A stretch of DNA of 64,000 nt from an uncultured Pelagibacteraceae bacterium (GTDB lineage Bacteria > Pseudomonadota > Alphaproteobacteria > Pelagibacterales > Pelagibacteraceae), in the NCBI GenBank assembly GCA_902579585.1, contig CACHHJ010000001.1, positions 7,175 to 71,174 of the forward strand. The letters are read 5' to 3'. The position numbers and the translations under genes are program-made. Below are positions 20,347 to 31,141 of the stretch, in pieces (the first letter of the stretch is position 1; every line of letters starts with the position of its first letter). The notes under the pieces are model-generated. The model was given only the letters and a program-made list of their open reading frames with translations. It made no database searches and had not been told where the DNA came from.

Positions 20347-21396
20347 ATGTTTTCTTTACTAAGACCATTTATTTTTAATTTAGATCCTGAGACTGCACAT
20401 GATTTAGCAATTAAATCATTAAAATATAATGTGCTTCCCAAAAGCTTATTTGCTGTCGAAGATGAAGAAATTTTAAATACAAAACTATTTGGAAAAATTA
20501 TAGATAATCCAATTGGTTTAGCAGCAGGTTTTGATAAAAGTGCTGAAGTTTACAATGAAATTTTTAAAATTGGTTTTGGTTTTGTTGAGGTTGGAACAGT
20601 CACACCCAAAAAACAATACGGAAACCAAAAACCGAGAGTTTTTCGTTTGGAAAAAGATCAAGCACTTATTAATAGACTTGGCTTTAATAATGATGGTTCA
20701 GATGCTGTAAAAAAAAGAATTGAACACAACGTGCCTGATGGTTTATTAGGTATAAACATTGGCCCAAATAAAGATACAGACAATATGTATAATGATTTTT
20801 TATCATGTGCTAAAACTTTTTTTCCTATCGGAGACTATATTACAATAAATATCTCTTCTCCAAATACAGAGGGGTTAAGAAATTTCCATGAAAAAGAAAA
20901 TCTAGAAAAACTCCTAATAAAAATAAATGAAATTAGAAACGAAAGTAACTTTAAGAAATCTTTTTTGTTGAAAATTTCACCTGATCTTGACGAGTCCTCT
21001 ATTAATAATATTATTGATTTATCTTTAAAAAATAACATTAACGGAATAATATTAACAAATACTTCTGATAGAAATAGGGATAAATTAATAGATAATCAAA
21101 AAAAAGAGAAAGGTGGTCTATCAGGCCAGCCTATAAAAAATTTATCTACAAAGGTAATTCAAAAATTTTATAAAAAACTTAACGGAAAAATACCAATAAT
21201 TGGAGTTGGAGGAGTTGACTCGGGAGAAGCTGCTTTTGAAAAAATAGCCGCCGGAGCTTCTGCGATACAATTATACACCGGAATGATTTATAAAGGTCCT
21301 ATGATAGTAAAAGAGATAAAAAAAGTCTTGATAGCAAAGCTAAACGAAAAAGGCTTCAAAAATATAAGTGAAGCTGTAGGATCAAACTCTAATTAG
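20347..21396 (+). CDS. pyrD: Quinone-dependent dihydroorotate dehydrogenase
   Basis: NPIGLAAGFDK, EVGTVTP, INRLGFNN, NISSPNT, GGLSG. Confidence 0.98.
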   Translation: MFSLLRPFIFNLDPETAHDLAIKSLKYNVLPKSLFAVEDEEILNTKLFGKIIDNPIGLAAGFDKSAEVYNEIFKIGFGFVEVGTVTPKKQYGNQKPRVFRLEKDQALINRLGFNNDGSDAVKKRIEHNVPDGLLGINIGPNKDTDNMYNDFLSCAKTFFPIGDYITINISSPNTEGLRNFHEKENLEKLLIKINEIRNESNFKKSFLLKISPDLDESSINNIIDLSLKNNINGIILTNTSDRNRDKLIDNQKKEKGGLSGQPIKNLSTKVIQKFYKKLNGKIPIIGVGGVDSGEAAFEKIAAGASAIQLYTGMIYKGPMIVKEIKKVLIAKLNEKGFKNISEAVGSNSN

Positions 21397-22495
21397 ATTT
21401 TTTAAAGAAATTATATTTTTTTTTATCAATATCGTATCTTATATAATCAACAAGCTCCCTTGCATAAGAAAAAACTATGCCAACAAAAATTACAATTAAT
21501 ATAGATAAAAATCCATATGAAACTGGGTAATTCTGTGAAAGACTTAAAACTATTTCTCCAAGTCTATTATCTATTTTTCCAACACTTTCAATTGCGAATA
21601 AACTTTTACCCTTTTCTAAAACAAATTGCTCAATACCCATGATTACTCCAACCCCAAGCAAAAGTATTGCTAATAGAGTTTTATATTCTGAGGCATTTAA
21701 TTTTTCTGAAGCTTTAAGCCCTAGATGCAAACCGAAAATTGAACCAGTTAGAAGTATACTTACAAGAATAAAATCTATGGTCTGAAATTGTAGGGCATGC
21801 GCTATAACTACAAAAGCTGTAATAAAAATCGTTACAAACAAAGATGTACCAGGAACTAATTTAGTGGGCATGCCAATAATATAAATCATTGCAGGTACCA
21901 TTAGAAAAGCACCACCAACACCCATTATAGAAGCAAATATTCCTACAAAAAACCCGAGCATAAAAGGAACTATTGCACTTTCATATAGTTTTGACTTGTG
22001 AAATCTTACTCTTAGTGGAAGTCCATGTATCCAATAGTGATTGTGAACTTTTTTTTTTAAAACAACTTTTTTTTTCAGCTCACTCAATTCTTTATAGCCT
22101 TTTGCAAACATTAAAGTTCCAATTATTACCAACATGTAAATATAAGCTAAAGATATAATAACGTTTACTATTCCTTTTTCTTTTAAATAACTGAAAATAA
22201 TCATCCCAACTATTGTTCCAAAAACCCCTCCAAATACAATTATCAATCCCATTTTATAATCAAGAGTTCTTCTGAACCAATGTGTCAAAGCACCAGAAAC
22301 CGATGTACCTAAAATGTTATTAGCTTCATTAGCTACAGCAAATGCAGGTGGTATACCCAAAAATATTAGTACTGGGGTCATCAAAAAACCTCCTCCAATA
22401 CCAAACAAGCCAGAAATAAACCCTATAATTAAACTTAAAATCAAAATTATTGAAATGCTAACTTGAACTTGTGCTACTGGAAGGAAAAATTCCAT
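21389..22495 (-). CDS. TauE/SafE (TSUP) family membrane transporter
   Basis: GFISGLFGIGGGFLMTP and GVGGAFLMVPAM repeats, GTSLF; multiple TM helices. Confidence 0.9.
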   Translation of the reverse strand: MEFFLPVAQVQVSISIILILSLIIGFISGLFGIGGGFLMTPVLIFLGIPPAFAVANEANNILGTSVSGALTHWFRRTLDYKMGLIIVFGGVFGTIVGMIIFSYLKEKGIVNVIISLAYIYMLVIIGTLMFAKGYKELSELKKKVVLKKKVHNHYWIHGLPLRVRFHKSKLYESAIVPFMLGFFVGIFASIMGVGGAFLMVPAMIYIIGMPTKLVPGTSLFVTIFITAFVVIAHALQFQTIDFILVSILLTGSIFGLHLGLKASEKLNASEYKTLLAILLLGVGVIMGIEQFVLEKGKSLFAIESVGKIDNRLGEIVLSLSQNYPVSYGFLSILIVIFVGIVFSYARELVDYIRYDIDKKKYNFFKKSN

Positions 22496-22544
22496 TCAAC
22501 TTACTATTATTTGACCATACTATTGTCAATAGTCATATATTAGC

Positions 22545-22573
22545 TTGATTATATATCTTACAACAATTATATA
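22545..22573 (+). promoter_or_regulatory. Sigma70-type promoter for rpmB
   Basis: TTGATT, 17-nt spacer, TATATA; matches the alphaproteobacterial CTTGAC-N17-CTATAT pattern. Confidence 0.45.
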
Positions 22574-22587
22574 CCTATTTAATATTT

Positions 22588-22869
22588 ATGACTAGAAAAT
22601 GCGAACTTACAGGCAAGAAGCCTATCAAAGGCAATAATGTTAGCCACGCAAATAATAAAACTAAAAGAAGATTTTTGCCCAGTATTAAAAAAGTTAGTTT
22701 TAAAAGTGAAGCTTTAAAAAAAAACATAAAGTTTAATGTTTCTAATTCTGCATTAAGAACAGTTGATTTTAAAGGCGGAATCGACAAATTTCTTAGTTCG
22801 GCTAAGTCTTTTAGACTGTCTAAAAAAGCCAAGAAATTTAAGTCAGAAATAATTTCAAAGAATGCTTAA
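22588..22869 (+). CDS. rpmB: 50S ribosomal protein L28
   Basis: MTRKCELTGK..GNNVSHANNKTKRRFLP. Confidence 0.98.
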   Translation: MTRKCELTGKKPIKGNNVSHANNKTKRRFLPSIKKVSFKSEALKKNIKFNVSNSALRTVDFKGGIDKFLSSAKSFRLSKKAKKFKSEIISKNA

Positions 22870-23461
22870 TTTAATCTCGTCAAATAATAAGCCATTAATT
22901 TTTTTGGCTTTTTTCATGGCACTTTTTGTAACTGCCTCAAACTTTTTAGTACAATATCCAATCAATTTCTTTGGTATGGAAGAATTTTTAACATATGGTG
23001 CTTTTACATACCCAGTAACATTTCTTGTCACAGATCTTTCTAATAGAAGATATGGGAAATTTGTTGCTCGTAAAATTGTTTACATGGGATTTTTTTTAGG
23101 AGTGTTATTAACTTTATTCTTTTCAACAAATTTTTCTGATCTTATTTCTATGAGAATTGCAATTGGATCCGGTACAGCTTTTTTATTTGCACAATTATTG
23201 GATGTTCAAATTTTTGATAAGCTAAGAAGTAAGATTTGGTTTGCTGCCCCATTTACATCATCATTAATTGGGTCTCTAGTTGATACATTTTTATTTTTTT
23301 CTATAGCATTCTACGGGACTGGTATTAATTGGATTACATTGGGAATAGGCGACTTTACAGTAAAAGTTCTTATGGCTTTGACAATGCTGATACCTTTCAG
23401 AATTTTAATGGTAAGCTTAAAAGACTTTTCAAAAGATTCTATCAAACCCTCATCTATTTAA
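22862..23461 (+). CDS. yhhQ: Queuosine precursor transporter (YhhQ/VUT family)
   Basis: LTYGAFTYPVTFLVTDL, AQLLDV, GSLVDTFLFFSIAF. Confidence 0.85.
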   Translation: MLNLISSNNKPLIFLAFFMALFVTASNFLVQYPINFFGMEEFLTYGAFTYPVTFLVTDLSNRRYGKFVARKIVYMGFFLGVLLTLFFSTNFSDLISMRIAIGSGTAFLFAQLLDVQIFDKLRSKIWFAAPFTSSLIGSLVDTFLFFSIAFYGTGINWITLGIGDFTVKVLMALTMLIPFRILMVSLKDFSKDSIKPSSI

Positions 23462-23466
23462 AGATT

Positions 23467-25233
23467 TTAATGAATAGTATTATCGGAAAAAAGATCAGTT
23501 AATTGATTTATCATAACGTCACCAAGATCTTGAACATCTGTAATTTTAACAGCCTTTTTATAATATCTAGTAACATCATGACCAATTCCAATAGCCAAAA
23601 GCTCTATGTCAGAAAATTTTTCAATAGCTTCCACTGTATTTTTTAAGTCGCTCTCTAAATAATCACTCATATTAGTTGAAAGCGTAGAGTCATCTACGGG
23701 AGCACCATCTGATATAACCATCAAAATTTTTCTTTCTTCTTTTCTTTTGTTCATTTTACTAAAAGCCCATCTCAATGCCTCACCATCAATATTTTCTTTA
23801 AGTAATCCTTCTTTTAACATTAAGCCCATATTTTTTTTTGATTGTCTCCAAGGAGTATCTGCAGATTTATAAATTATATGTCTCAAATCATTTAATCTTC
23901 CAGGAAATTTCGGTTTGTTATTGCTTGACCAAAGCTCTCTACTGGAACCACCTTTCCAATGCTTTGTTGTAAAACCTAATACTTCAACTTTAACTGAACA
24001 ACGTTCCAAAGTTTTTGAAAGTATATCCGCACAAACAGAAGCAACAGAAATTGGTTTACCTCTCATTGAGCCTGAATTATCTATTAAGATTGTAACCAAA
24101 GTGTCTTTAAAATCGGTTTCCTTTTCCTTTTTAAAAGATAAAGAATTAAATGGATCAATAATAACTCTTGTTAATTTTGATGTATCTAATGCACCTTCTT
24201 CTAAATCAAACTCCCATGAACGATTTTGTTTGGCTAACAATTTCCGTTGTAATTTATTTGCTAATCTAGAAATAAATGTTTTTAATTGAATAAGCTGTTG
24301 ATCTAATGAAGATCGCAGTCTTTGTAATTCTTCTTCTGTTTCTAAATCCTCAGCTTTTATAATTTCGTCAAATTCATGGGTATAAACTTTATATTTTTTA
24401 GAAGAACCGGAAAATATTTTTCTAATTTTCTTATTTTCTCCATCATCATATCCCTCAACCTCATCTACTTTTTCATCAGACACATCTTTTTCTGAAAGAT
24501 CATCTACTGTTGCGATATCCGCATCTATAGTTTGGCCTTCACTTTTTTGATCTTTTAATTTACTCTCGTTTTTCTCATTACTCTCATTATTCGCAGTCTC
24601 CTTATTATTTTCTTTTTCCTCAGTATCTTCAAAAATTTCTTTATCCTCAATATCCATGTCAGCTATAACACTTGAGATAATTTGATTGAATTTTTCTTGA
24701 TTAGCTATATTTTTTTTTAATTCATCTAAACTCTTGTTGAATTTTTCGTCAAATTTTTTCTTTAATTTTTTTGTCTTATTATCCAACTTTTTTAATTCTT
24801 TATTATTAAAAATATAATATCTTAAATATTTATCAAAAAAGTCTTCAATTAAATTTTTAGTACTTTTATTTTCATTGTTAAGGGACAGATTTTTCTTAAT
24901 TCCTTTAAATTTATCTGATCCAATTTTTTCATACCTTATTTTTTCAGCTATTTCGTATAACTTTAATGCTTTGTTACCCTTTGGTTTAAAATTATTAAAA
25001 GTCTCAATATTACTGTATTTTAACCTTAGAGCTTCAGAGTCGGCTGTGGCTCTAAAAAAAAAGTAATCTTTTAAGCTTTCTAATTTTTTAATTTCAGGCA
25101 AGTTAGCACTGTTATTGGTACTTTTTGCTTGATCTCCAAATATCACTTTGCAATCCTCAATTTCTGAAATTGATCTTACAGTCGATGTAATGGCTTCTTT
25201 AAAATTCTCTAAGTGTATATTTTTTTTTTCCAT
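23467..25233 (-). CDS. cobT: CobT-like vWA-domain protein (cobaltochelatase subunit family)
   Basis: [55 protein letters not shown]; acidic linker; likely start 25233. Confidence 0.92.
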   Translation of the reverse strand: MEKKNIHLENFKEAITSTVRSISEIEDCKVIFGDQAKSTNNSANLPEIKKLESLKDYFFFRATADSEALRLKYSNIETFNNFKPKGNKALKLYEIAEKIRYEKIGSDKFKGIKKNLSLNNENKSTKNLIEDFFDKYLRYYIFNNKELKKLDNKTKKLKKKFDEKFNKSLDELKKNIANQEKFNQIISSVIADMDIEDKEIFEDTEEKENNKETANNESNEKNESKLKDQKSEGQTIDADIATVDDLSEKDVSDEKVDEVEGYDDGENKKIRKIFSGSSKKYKVYTHEFDEIIKAEDLETEEELQRLRSSLDQQLIQLKTFISRLANKLQRKLLAKQNRSWEFDLEEGALDTSKLTRVIIDPFNSLSFKKEKETDFKDTLVTILIDNSGSMRGKPISVASVCADILSKTLERCSVKVEVLGFTTKHWKGGSSRELWSSNNKPKFPGRLNDLRHIIYKSADTPWRQSKKNMGLMLKEGLLKENIDGEALRWAFSKMNKRKEERKILMVISDGAPVDDSTLSTNMSDYLESDLKNTVEAIEKFSDIELLAIGIGHDVTRYYKKAVKITDVQDLGDVMINQLTDLFSDNTIH

Positions 25234-25234
25234 T

Positions 25235-26215
25235 TTAAGATATTTTGACATTGACAGAAGACTCGGGAAGGTCTTCTCCAAAACATCTTTGATAATACTC
25301 TGAGATAATCTTTCTTTCTAATTCGTCACACTTATTTAAAAAAGTAACTCTAAATGCGTATCCAATATCTTTAAATATTTCTGAATTTTCAGCCCAATGA
25401 AGTACAGTTCTTGGGCTCATAACAGTAGATATATCACCATTTACAAAACCATTTCTGGTAAGTTCAGCAACCTTAATCATGTTGGACACTTTTTCTTTAC
25501 CAGATTTATTATTTAGAGACTTATTTTTAGATAAAATTATTTCTAATTCTTTTTCAAATTTTAAATAATTTAAAGTTGTAACTATGTTCCATCTATCCAT
25601 TTGTCCCTGGTTAATTTGTTGTGTGCCATGATATAGACCAGTCGTATCTCCAAGACCCACTGTATTCGTAGTAGCAAACATTCTAAAAAATTTATTTTGA
25701 CTTATTATTTTATTTTTATCTAAAAGAGTAAACTTTCCATCACTTTCTAAAATTCTTTGAATGACAAACATTACGTCAGGTCTTCCGGCATCATATTCAT
25801 CAAAAACAAGAGCAATTGGATTTTGTATTGACCATGGAAGAATTCCTTCTTTAAATTCAGTTATTTGCTTTCCATCTTTAATTACAATTGAGTCTTTTCC
25901 AATTAAATCTATTCGGCTAATATGACTATCAAGATTTATCCTTACACAAGGCCAATTCAGTCTGGCTGCAACTTGTTCTATATGGGTTGATTTTCCAGTA
26001 CCATGATAACCCTGCACAAGTACTCTTTTATTAAATGCAAAACCCGACAAAATTGCAAGAGTTGTATCTCTATCAAATTTGTAATCGTTATCGATTTCGG
26101 GCACGTACTTATTCTTTTTTGAAAAACCATCAACTTCCATTTCTGTATCTAGGTTAAAGGTTTGTCTTACAGAAATTTTAATGTCAGGCTTTTGGTTTTC
26201 TAAAGTTGTATTCAT
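25235..26215 (-). CDS. cobS: CobS-like AAA+ ATPase (cobaltochelatase subunit family)
   Basis: Walker [21 protein letters not shown], Walker [21 protein letters not shown]. Confidence 0.95.
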   Translation of the reverse strand: MNTTLENQKPDIKISVRQTFNLDTEMEVDGFSKKNKYVPEIDNDYKFDRDTTLAILSGFAFNKRVLVQGYHGTGKSTHIEQVAARLNWPCVRINLDSHISRIDLIGKDSIVIKDGKQITEFKEGILPWSIQNPIALVFDEYDAGRPDVMFVIQRILESDGKFTLLDKNKIISQNKFFRMFATTNTVGLGDTTGLYHGTQQINQGQMDRWNIVTTLNYLKFEKELEIILSKNKSLNNKSGKEKVSNMIKVAELTRNGFVNGDISTVMSPRTVLHWAENSEIFKDIGYAFRVTFLNKCDELERKIISEYYQRCFGEDLPESSVNVKIS

Positions 26216-26730
26216 TTTGCTTTGTTTACAGTATTCTTAAGTTGGCTATAAGCCAGTGTAATCTTTTTTAAAATATCCTCATATTTTTTACTCCCACGAT
26301 TTTTATCAGGATGATATTTCTTTACAAGTCCTTTAAATGTTTTTTGTATATCTGCCCAGTTTGCCTGATAATTAAGTCCTAAAATTTGTAATGCGTGACG
26401 ATCTTTCTCAGATAAATTTGATCTTTGAACATTATTATGATTTATTTTTCCAAATATATTAATTTTATCCTCTAAAGCATTATTCCACAAAACTTTAAAA
26501 AAATTATCTGGGGAAGCAAAACTTTTTGTAGGTTTATGCCATGTAAGATCAGATTTTATAAAATATTCTATCTGATCTTCGCTCATGTCTGAAAAATAAT
26601 TCCAATTTTTATTAAATATCTTTATATGTTCGAGGCAAAGATACCTAAATTTTCTACTATTATCTTTTTCTAAAGGAGCCTTGTAATTACCAATTTCTTT
26701 ACAATTTTCCCAATCACAAATATTTTTCAT
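26212..26730 (-). CDS. J-domain (DnaJ-like) protein
   Basis: N-terminal CDWENC...CLEH; C-terminal J domain with HPD (KYHPDKN). Confidence 0.9.
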   Translation of the reverse strand: MKNICDWENCKEIGNYKAPLEKDNSRKFRYLCLEHIKIFNKNWNYFSDMSEDQIEYFIKSDLTWHKPTKSFASPDNFFKVLWNNALEDKINIFGKINHNNVQRSNLSEKDRHALQILGLNYQANWADIQKTFKGLVKKYHPDKNRGSKKYEDILKKITLAYSQLKNTVNKAK

Positions 26731-26764
26731 AAAATTTATGATAATATATTAATATATTTATTTA

Positions 26765-27016
26765 ATGAATACTTTTTTATTGATAATAAAAAAAAAATTA
26801 ATTGACGCATTAAAAGCTTCAAGCGTTGAGATAATCGATAATACATCGGAACACAAAAATCATAAATTTTTTCAGCAAGATAAGTTACATCTTAAAATAA
26901 TTATAAAATCTGAACATCTAAAATCTTTAAACAGAATAGACGCCCATAGAAAAGTTAAACAAATATTAAAAAATGAATTTAAAAAAATTCATGCTTTAGA
27001 ACTTAAAATTAATTAA
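26765..27016 (+). CDS. bolA: BolA family protein
   Basis: IIDNTSEH..H, RIDAHRKV, IHALEL. Confidence 0.88.
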   Translation: MNTFLLIIKKKLIDALKASSVEIIDNTSEHKNHKFFQQDKLHLKIIIKSEHLKSLNRIDAHRKVKQILKNEFKKIHALELKIN

Positions 27017-28118
27017 TTTTTTTTAAGAAATTACCTACTTTATCTACAGACATTTTGATTTTGCCTGGTGTAGTAGTTTTGCCTATTCGTTTTAAAAGTA
27101 TTAAACTTATTTTTTCATCATCATTTTTTTTATCATTAACCATAAGTTTAGAAATATTATTAATTTGTTTTTTCTTCAAATATTTATTTAGTTTTGAGGG
27201 CAGTTTATTTGAAACATAAATTTTTTCAATTTCTTCTAAGGTTTTTAAAGAGCAAATATTATTATAAAAAGAAAGTTTTGTTGCCAATAGCATTCCAATA
27301 AGTACCGCTTCTCCATGGTTAATTTTTTTGGAAAAGTTATTTGAAGATTCTATTCCATGCGCAAATGTATGCCCAAAATTTAAAATCATTCTTTTGTTGG
27401 ACTCTTTTTCATCTGCAATTACAAAATGAACCTTATTTCTTGAACTTCTTAAAACTAAATATTTTAAAATACTTAAGTTATTTCCTTTTAAAATTTGTTT
27501 TGAATTTTTTTTGATAAAATTAAAAAACTTTTGATCTTTTATAAGTGAGTACTTTAATATTTCTCCAAATCCACAAATAAATTCTCTTTTAGGAAGACTA
27601 TTTAAAAAAGATATATCTGATATTACTAGTTTAGGTTGATAGAACGAACCAATTAAATTTTTTCCATTTTTTGAATTAACACCAGTCTTGCCACCAATTG
27701 CTGAGTCAACTTGTGCCAACAATGTTGTAGGTACATTAATAAAGTTTATACCTCTCTTAAAAATACTTGCAACAAAACCAGAAAAATCTCCAATTATTCC
27801 ACCTCCAACAGCAATTACTAAATCATTTCTATTAAATTTATTTTTAATAAGATATTCGATTAAAATATTTACATTCGAAAAATTCTTTAATCTTTCACTT
27901 GGAGAATAGTCTTTTATAAATATTTTGTATTTTTTTAATAGTTTTTTAATTTTTGTTTTAAAAATATTAGGGACATTTTTGTCAAATATGACTGCAATTT
28001 TTTTTGTATTTGGGCACAGCTTATTAACTTGTTTCTTTAATAAACTTATTGACCCATTTCCAACCAAAATAGGGTAAGTAGTTTCTTTAGTTTTAACTAT
28101 GATTTTGTCTATCTTCAT
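27009..28118 (-). CDS. aroB: 3-dehydroquinate synthase
   Basis: GGGIIGD, PTTLLAQVDSAIGGKTG, LNFGHTFAH, HGEAV; likely start 28118. Confidence 0.97.
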   Translation of the reverse strand: MKIDKIIVKTKETTYPILVGNGSISLLKKQVNKLCPNTKKIAVIFDKNVPNIFKTKIKKLLKKYKIFIKDYSPSERLKNFSNVNILIEYLIKNKFNRNDLVIAVGGGIIGDFSGFVASIFKRGINFINVPTTLLAQVDSAIGGKTGVNSKNGKNLIGSFYQPKLVISDISFLNSLPKREFICGFGEILKYSLIKDQKFFNFIKKNSKQILKGNNLSILKYLVLRSSRNKVHFVIADEKESNKRMILNFGHTFAHGIESSNNFSKKINHGEAVLIGMLLATKLSFYNNICSLKTLEEIEKIYVSNKLPSKLNKYLKKKQINNISKLMVNDKKNDDEKISLILLKRIGKTTTPGKIKMSVDKVGNFLKKIN

Positions 28119-28620
28119 AAATTTGGAGTACTTCATTAATTATCTGTTCTTTATTTTTAGAACCACACTGAACTTTAAAATCAGCCAAAGAGTAAATTTT
28201 TTTCCTTAAATTGTAAATTTTAATTAATTCTTCTTCAGATGAATTTTTTAAAAGAGGTCTTTTTTTACTCTCTTTAACTCTTTTGTAAAGCATTTTAACA
28301 TCTAAATCTAACCAAACCGAAAATGAACTTTTTTTAATTTCATTTCTGATATTTTCATTGATAAATGCACCACCACCTAATGCTATTACTAAATTTGTTT
28401 TTTTCAAAATTTTTTTACTTTCTTTTTCCTCCTCTTCTCTAAAAGCTTTTTCTCCTTTATTTTCAAAGATCTCTGATATTGATAAACCAACTTTTTTTTC
28501 AATAATAGAATCAATATCCGCAAACCCCATATCGAGTCTTTGAGATAAGGATTTACCTATAGTAGTTTTTCCAGACCCCATCATTCCTGTTAATACCAGG
28601 TTTTTTTTCAATTTATTCAC
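28093..28620 (-). CDS. aroK: Shikimate kinase
   Basis: GMMGSGKTT, GEKAFR, ALGGGA, RPLL. Confidence 0.97.
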   Translation of the reverse strand: MNKLKKNLVLTGMMGSGKTTIGKSLSQRLDMGFADIDSIIEKKVGLSISEIFENKGEKAFREEEEKESKKILKKTNLVIALGGGAFINENIRNEIKKSSFSVWLDLDVKMLYKRVKESKKRPLLKNSSEEELIKIYNLRKKIYSLADFKVQCGSKNKEQIINEVLQIYEDRQNHS

Positions 28621-28685
28621 AAAATTTCAATTTGATTTATCACAAATTTGTCTTAATTTTTAAGTTTAAATATATTCTATAAATT

Positions 28686-28865
28686 ATGCAACCGAGATTA
28701 CAACGATCAAAAGGCGACCTATCTTTTACTAAAATAGTTATAAGAATGATAGTAGTTCTTTTATTAATATTTTTTTCATTTTTCTTTATTGAAAAAATTA
28801 ATTTCCCATCACCAAAAAATGAAATTAACGAGGATGTTACTGACAAAATTATCAAACTTCGTTAG
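28686..28865 (+). CDS. 59-aa single-TM hypothetical protein (MQPRLQRSKG...FPSPKNEINEDVTDKIIKLR)
   Basis: Translated by hand; ATG 28686, TAG 28863-28865; one TM helix; divergent from aroK; overlaps the next gene's start. Confidence 0.75.
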   Translation: MQPRLQRSKGDLSFTKIVIRMIVVLLLIFFSFFFIEKINFPSPKNEINEDVTDKIIKLR

Positions 28866-30585
28866 TCGAATTTTTATTATCATCATTTATTCTTGTCTTT
28901 TATTTAGCAATTTAAATGCAGAGGAAAGTATAGATATATGGAAAAAACAAAAAAGTACGATAACTAAAAAAAATGATATAATAGATAAAAAAGAGTCACC
29001 CAAAATCAATATATTAGAAAAAAATAATTCAAATCAAAAAATTACAATTATAGAAGAAAAACAAACCGAACCTGATCAAGTTCAGCTTTTAGGACTTCAT
29101 GATCCTGGCAAAAACGATTTAACACTCAACATGTGGGTCAATAGTGACGGAGAGCTTATTAAGAGTACATTTAATAGAATTTCAAAAATTAATCTATCAG
29201 ATTTTTCTGAGAAACTTTTTGAAGAAGTAATTTTTACATACTCTTATCCACCAAATAAAAATCTATCTCAAGACGAATTTTTGGAATTTAAAGTAAATTG
29301 GCTTATTAGTAATTCAAAAGTAGAATTAATTGAAAACTTTTTAAATAATAATTTAGAATTTAAAGGAAGATCGAAATTAATTAAATATTTAGTCGATCAC
29401 TATATAGCTACCGCAGATATAACTAAGAGTTGTGAAAATGCAAATTTTATTAATAAAGAAATTAAAGATAACTATTTAGAAAAATTTAGAGTTTATTGTT
29501 TGATATTAAATAAAAAAATAGAGCAAGCACAAATAAATTTTGATTTGCTAAGAGAAGAAAAAAGATCAGATAAATTTTTTGATAATAAAATTTTATTTCT
29601 TTTAGGCATAAATACAAAACCAGATAATCAAATTTCCGATAAAAACCTCTTACATTTCTATTTGTCATCAATAACTGTTGAAAATTTTAAATATGATCCA
29701 ACAAAAAAAACCGATAAAAATATATGGAAATACTTAACAGCATCAAATCTTATTTCCACCAACCAACTTGAAGATCCAGAAATAATAAATAAATATGAAT
29801 TCGCTGCAAATGAGGGAAATTTTGACAAAAATAAAATTTTTGATATTTATTTATCCATACCATTTAATATTAACCAATTAATTAATGCAAAAACTATTCA
29901 TCTTGGTTTGAGCGGATATCAAGCTAGAGCATTGATTTATCAAAAAATTTTACTTACGGAAAATACTGAGAACAAGTTAGATTTACTTTTTGTATTAAAA
30001 GACTTATTTGAAAAAGATAAGTTGAATAATATTTATAGAGAATACTTAAGTGATGCTCTTAAATCTATAGAACCAGAAGATATCCCTGATGCACAAAAAA
30101 AACTTGTGTCACAAAATATTATTTTAGAAAAAAGTAATAATCTTGGCAAAATCAAATACGATGATAAAATTTTACATCGTTCGAAGGCAATTAAGTTATT
30201 TACAGAAGATAATCCAAGCAAAGATAAAATAAATAAAGAGTTTTTAAGTATATATAAAAAAATAAGTAAAAATAAAAAATATTTTTTTTCTACTAAAGAT
30301 GTAATTCTTTTAGAAACCTTCAATTCAGATGGTTATAAAATGCCAAAAGAATTGGATATTTCATCACTTTCGAAAAATTTTACAATCCCATCAAATATAA
30401 ATGAACTAATAGAAAAGAATGAAATTGGCATGCTCATGCTCAAACTTGTTGAGATAATTGGTAGTGATGATGTTGAAAACTTAGATCCTGAAACGTTATA
30501 TTTTATAGTTAGTCTTTTAAATAAAGCAAAAATTAAAAAGGTTAGAAATAAAATTTTAAATCTCACACTACCTTTAAGAGTATAA
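28834..30585 (+). CDS. Exported alpha-helical hypothetical protein
   Basis: Long ORF with a signal peptide (..LFSNLNA-EESIDIW); start probably ATG 28834. Confidence 0.8.
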   Translation: MLLTKLSNFVSRIFIIIIYSCLLFSNLNAEESIDIWKKQKSTITKKNDIIDKKESPKINILEKNNSNQKITIIEEKQTEPDQVQLLGLHDPGKNDLTLNMWVNSDGELIKSTFNRISKINLSDFSEKLFEEVIFTYSYPPNKNLSQDEFLEFKVNWLISNSKVELIENFLNNNLEFKGRSKLIKYLVDHYIATADITKSCENANFINKEIKDNYLEKFRVYCLILNKKIEQAQINFDLLREEKRSDKFFDNKILFLLGINTKPDNQISDKNLLHFYLSSITVENFKYDPTKKTDKNIWKYLTASNLISTNQLEDPEIINKYEFAANEGNFDKNKIFDIYLSIPFNINQLINAKTIHLGLSGYQARALIYQKILLTENTENKLDLLFVLKDLFEKDKLNNIYREYLSDALKSIEPEDIPDAQKKLVSQNIILEKSNNLGKIKYDDKILHRSKAIKLFTEDNPSKDKINKEFLSIYKKISKNKKYFFSTKDVILLETFNSDGYKMPKELDISSLSKNFTIPSNINELIEKNEIGMLMLKLVEIIGSDDVENLDPETLYFIVSLLNKAKIKKVRNKILNLTLPLRV

Positions 30586-30603
30586 TTATAATATAAGTTT
30601 CCA

Positions 30604-31128
30604 ATGGCTATTAAAAAAATTGTAACCGTTCCTGACTCAATTTTGAGAAAAAAATCATTGGTTGTCGAAAAGGTTGATAAAGAAATAAAAAATCTGATGG
30701 ATGATATGTTAGAGACAATGTATAAAGCACCCGGAATTGGTTTAGCGGCTGTTCAAATAGGCATTCCAAAAAGGATTGTTGTAATTGATATCTCAAAAGA
30801 TGAGAACAAGAAAGATCCGATTTATTTTGTAAATCCAGAGTTAACTTGGAAGTCAAAAGAAAAGGCAACTTATGAAGAAGGATGTTTATCTATACCAGAT
30901 CAATTTGCAAAGATAGATAGACCAGAAAAATGTACAGTAAAATTTTTGGACTATAATGGAAATACCAAAGAGATGAAAGCCGAGGGACTTTTAGCTACTT
31001 GTATCCAGCATGAAATTGATCATTTAAACGGTATCTTATTTATTGATTATTTATCTAAACTTAAAAAAGATATTATTATAAAAAAATTATCAAAAAATAA
31101 AAAAGAATTAGAAAGAATAGTAGTTTAA
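30604..31128 (+). CDS. def: Peptide deformylase
   Basis: GIGLAAVQIG, EGCLS, QHEIDHLNG. Confidence 0.99.
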   Translation: MAIKKIVTVPDSILRKKSLVVEKVDKEIKNLMDDMLETMYKAPGIGLAAVQIGIPKRIVVIDISKDENKKDPIYFVNPELTWKSKEKATYEEGCLSIPDQFAKIDRPEKCTVKFLDYNGNTKEMKAEGLLATCIQHEIDHLNGILFIDYLSKLKKDIIIKKLSKNKKELERIVV

Positions 31129-31141
31129 CTTCAAAAATTTA

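Noticed and set aside
22575..22832. Antisense ORF to rpmB, and the many other 60-170 aa antisense ORFs in the track (e.g. 37479-37982, 13300-13689, 56398-56757)
   Set aside because: Shadow ORFs of well-supported genes with no motifs.
22850..22870. preQ1 riboswitch ahead of yhhQ
   Set aside because: yhhQ overlaps the end of rpmB, leaving no leader, and no motif was seen.
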